This document shows, piece after piece, positions 12,648 to 13,230 of a stretch of 13,230 bases of DNA. Both the position numbers and the translations under genes were made by a program. Each line of letters starts with the position of its first letter. Position 1 is the stretch's first letter. The notes under the pieces were generated by a model. That model searched no databases and was not told the DNA's origin. It saw only the letters and a program-made list of their open reading frames with translations. The DNA comes from a virus (lineage: Duplodnaviria; Heunggongvirae; Uroviricota; Caudoviricetes). The stretch covers positions 1 through 13,230 of IMG/VR virus record IMGVR_UViG_3300050026_000282. One strand, 5' to 3'.

Positions 12648-13058
12648 ATGAAGACCGAGAATAGGGCCGCCGCTCTCCTGTGGTGCGGAATGCTGCTTGT
12701 GACGCTCGGTGCTATGCCGCTGAACGGCTATATTGGTTATTTTCTTTGGCCGTTCGAGTTCCATAAGGACGCCTTTATCGGGTCCGCCCTTCACCTGCTG
12801 ATCGGTCTGATTCCGTGGCTGGCGGGTGTGATCTTGCTGGCAACAGGTTCAGTCAAAGCGTGGCACCTTCTGGCCGAGCTGATTCTTGGCATTGGCGGCG
12901 GTGTGCTGCTCATCTCGTGTACCGTGCTTAACAACGCCAAGGATTATAAGGGGGCTCTCGGTTGGATGGCGATCTTTGCCCTTGGCTTCGTCCTGGCTGC
13001 TACGCTTCGTGCGACGTTGGAAATTTCCAGGAAGACGGCGCACCGAATGCACTGCTGA
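12648..13058 (+). CDS. Integral membrane protein, about 4 TM helices, 136 aa
   Basis: Strong SD GGAGGAG and four hydrophobic segments. No family recognised. Confidence 0.75.
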   Translation: MKTENRAAALLWCGMLLVTLGAMPLNGYIGYFLWPFEFHKDAFIGSALHLLIGLIPWLAGVILLATGSVKAWHLLAELILGIGGGVLLISCTVLNNAKDYKGALGWMAIFALGFVLAATLRATLEISRKTAHRMHC

Positions 13059-13118
13059 TTGGGCGACCGAGCCGCTATCGACGCATACCCGGATGGCGAT
13101 TCCTTGACGCTTACGCAT

Positions 13119-13230
13119 TCATTGGCCCAGCTTCTTCAGGAGGGTACGGGCGAACCAGATTTCTCCATCGTCGCAGCCGGCCGAGTAGGCGTCATCGACG
13201 TTTCCGCCGGCCACGTCATCAACTATGAAG
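13119..13230 (-). CDS. 3' end of a gene entering from beyond the window (partial)
   Basis: Minus frame reads ...FIVDDVAGGNVDDAYSAGCDDGEIWFARTLLKKLGQ*, with TGA at 13121-13119. The composition is protein-like and the AGGN.DDAY pattern is recalled from phage hypotheticals, not verified. Confidence 0.5.
   Translation of the reverse strand, partial: FIVDDVAGGNVDDAYSAGCDDGEIWFARTLLKKLGQ

Noticed and set aside
12474-12794. 106-aa minus-strand ORF coupled (ATGA) to xis
   Set aside because: It overlaps the better-supported membrane gene on the other strand and has no motif. Its 3' part might be a gene remnant but this is unsupported.
12849-13118. 89-aa minus-strand ORF starting right after the partial gene's stop
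   Set aside because: Mostly antisense to the 4-TM gene with non-protein-like composition. The TGA-ATG adjacency alone is insufficient.
1-13230. CRISPR array
   Set aside because: No set of 23-50 bp repeats with unique regular spacers. All repeats are palindromes, att sites or short arm/iteron motifs.

Overview
This is a GC-rich bacterial window; the integrase types, repeats and small island proteins look like Planctomycetota, which is an inference from family recognition. It is centred on a standalone tRNA-Ile(GAT) gene (10727-10800, minus strand) that acts as an integration hotspot. The left part holds a secreted clan GH-A glycoside hydrolase, then a 124-bp MITE flanked by target-site duplications, the C-terminal remnant of an IS91-family transposase with its probable oriIS end, a perfect 22-bp palindrome at a gene-fusion scar, and an IS256-family element with no target-site duplication. 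The middle is a complete 6332-bp element bounded by a 48-bp tRNA-Ile 3' repeat (4393-4440 / 10725-10772). All its genes are on one strand: integrase, HTH protein, AlpA/Xis-like protein, free-standing Zn-binding domain, wHTH Rep-like protein with an internal iteron-like array, an unannotated 59-aa ORF, a DUF5681/TerS-like protein, a coiled-coil protein, a basic protein and a Zn finger. It has no capsid, tail, primase/helicase or conjugation genes, so it is a candidate minimal phage satellite. Left of it lies the att-proximal stub of an older island at the same tRNA. Right of the tRNA 5' end a further element begins, with an atypical tyrosine recombinase (catalytic Arg and His substituted), a convergent Xis-like HTH gene, a 4-TM membrane protein and a truncated ORF. 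All functional calls come from motif recognition; no database searches were run.
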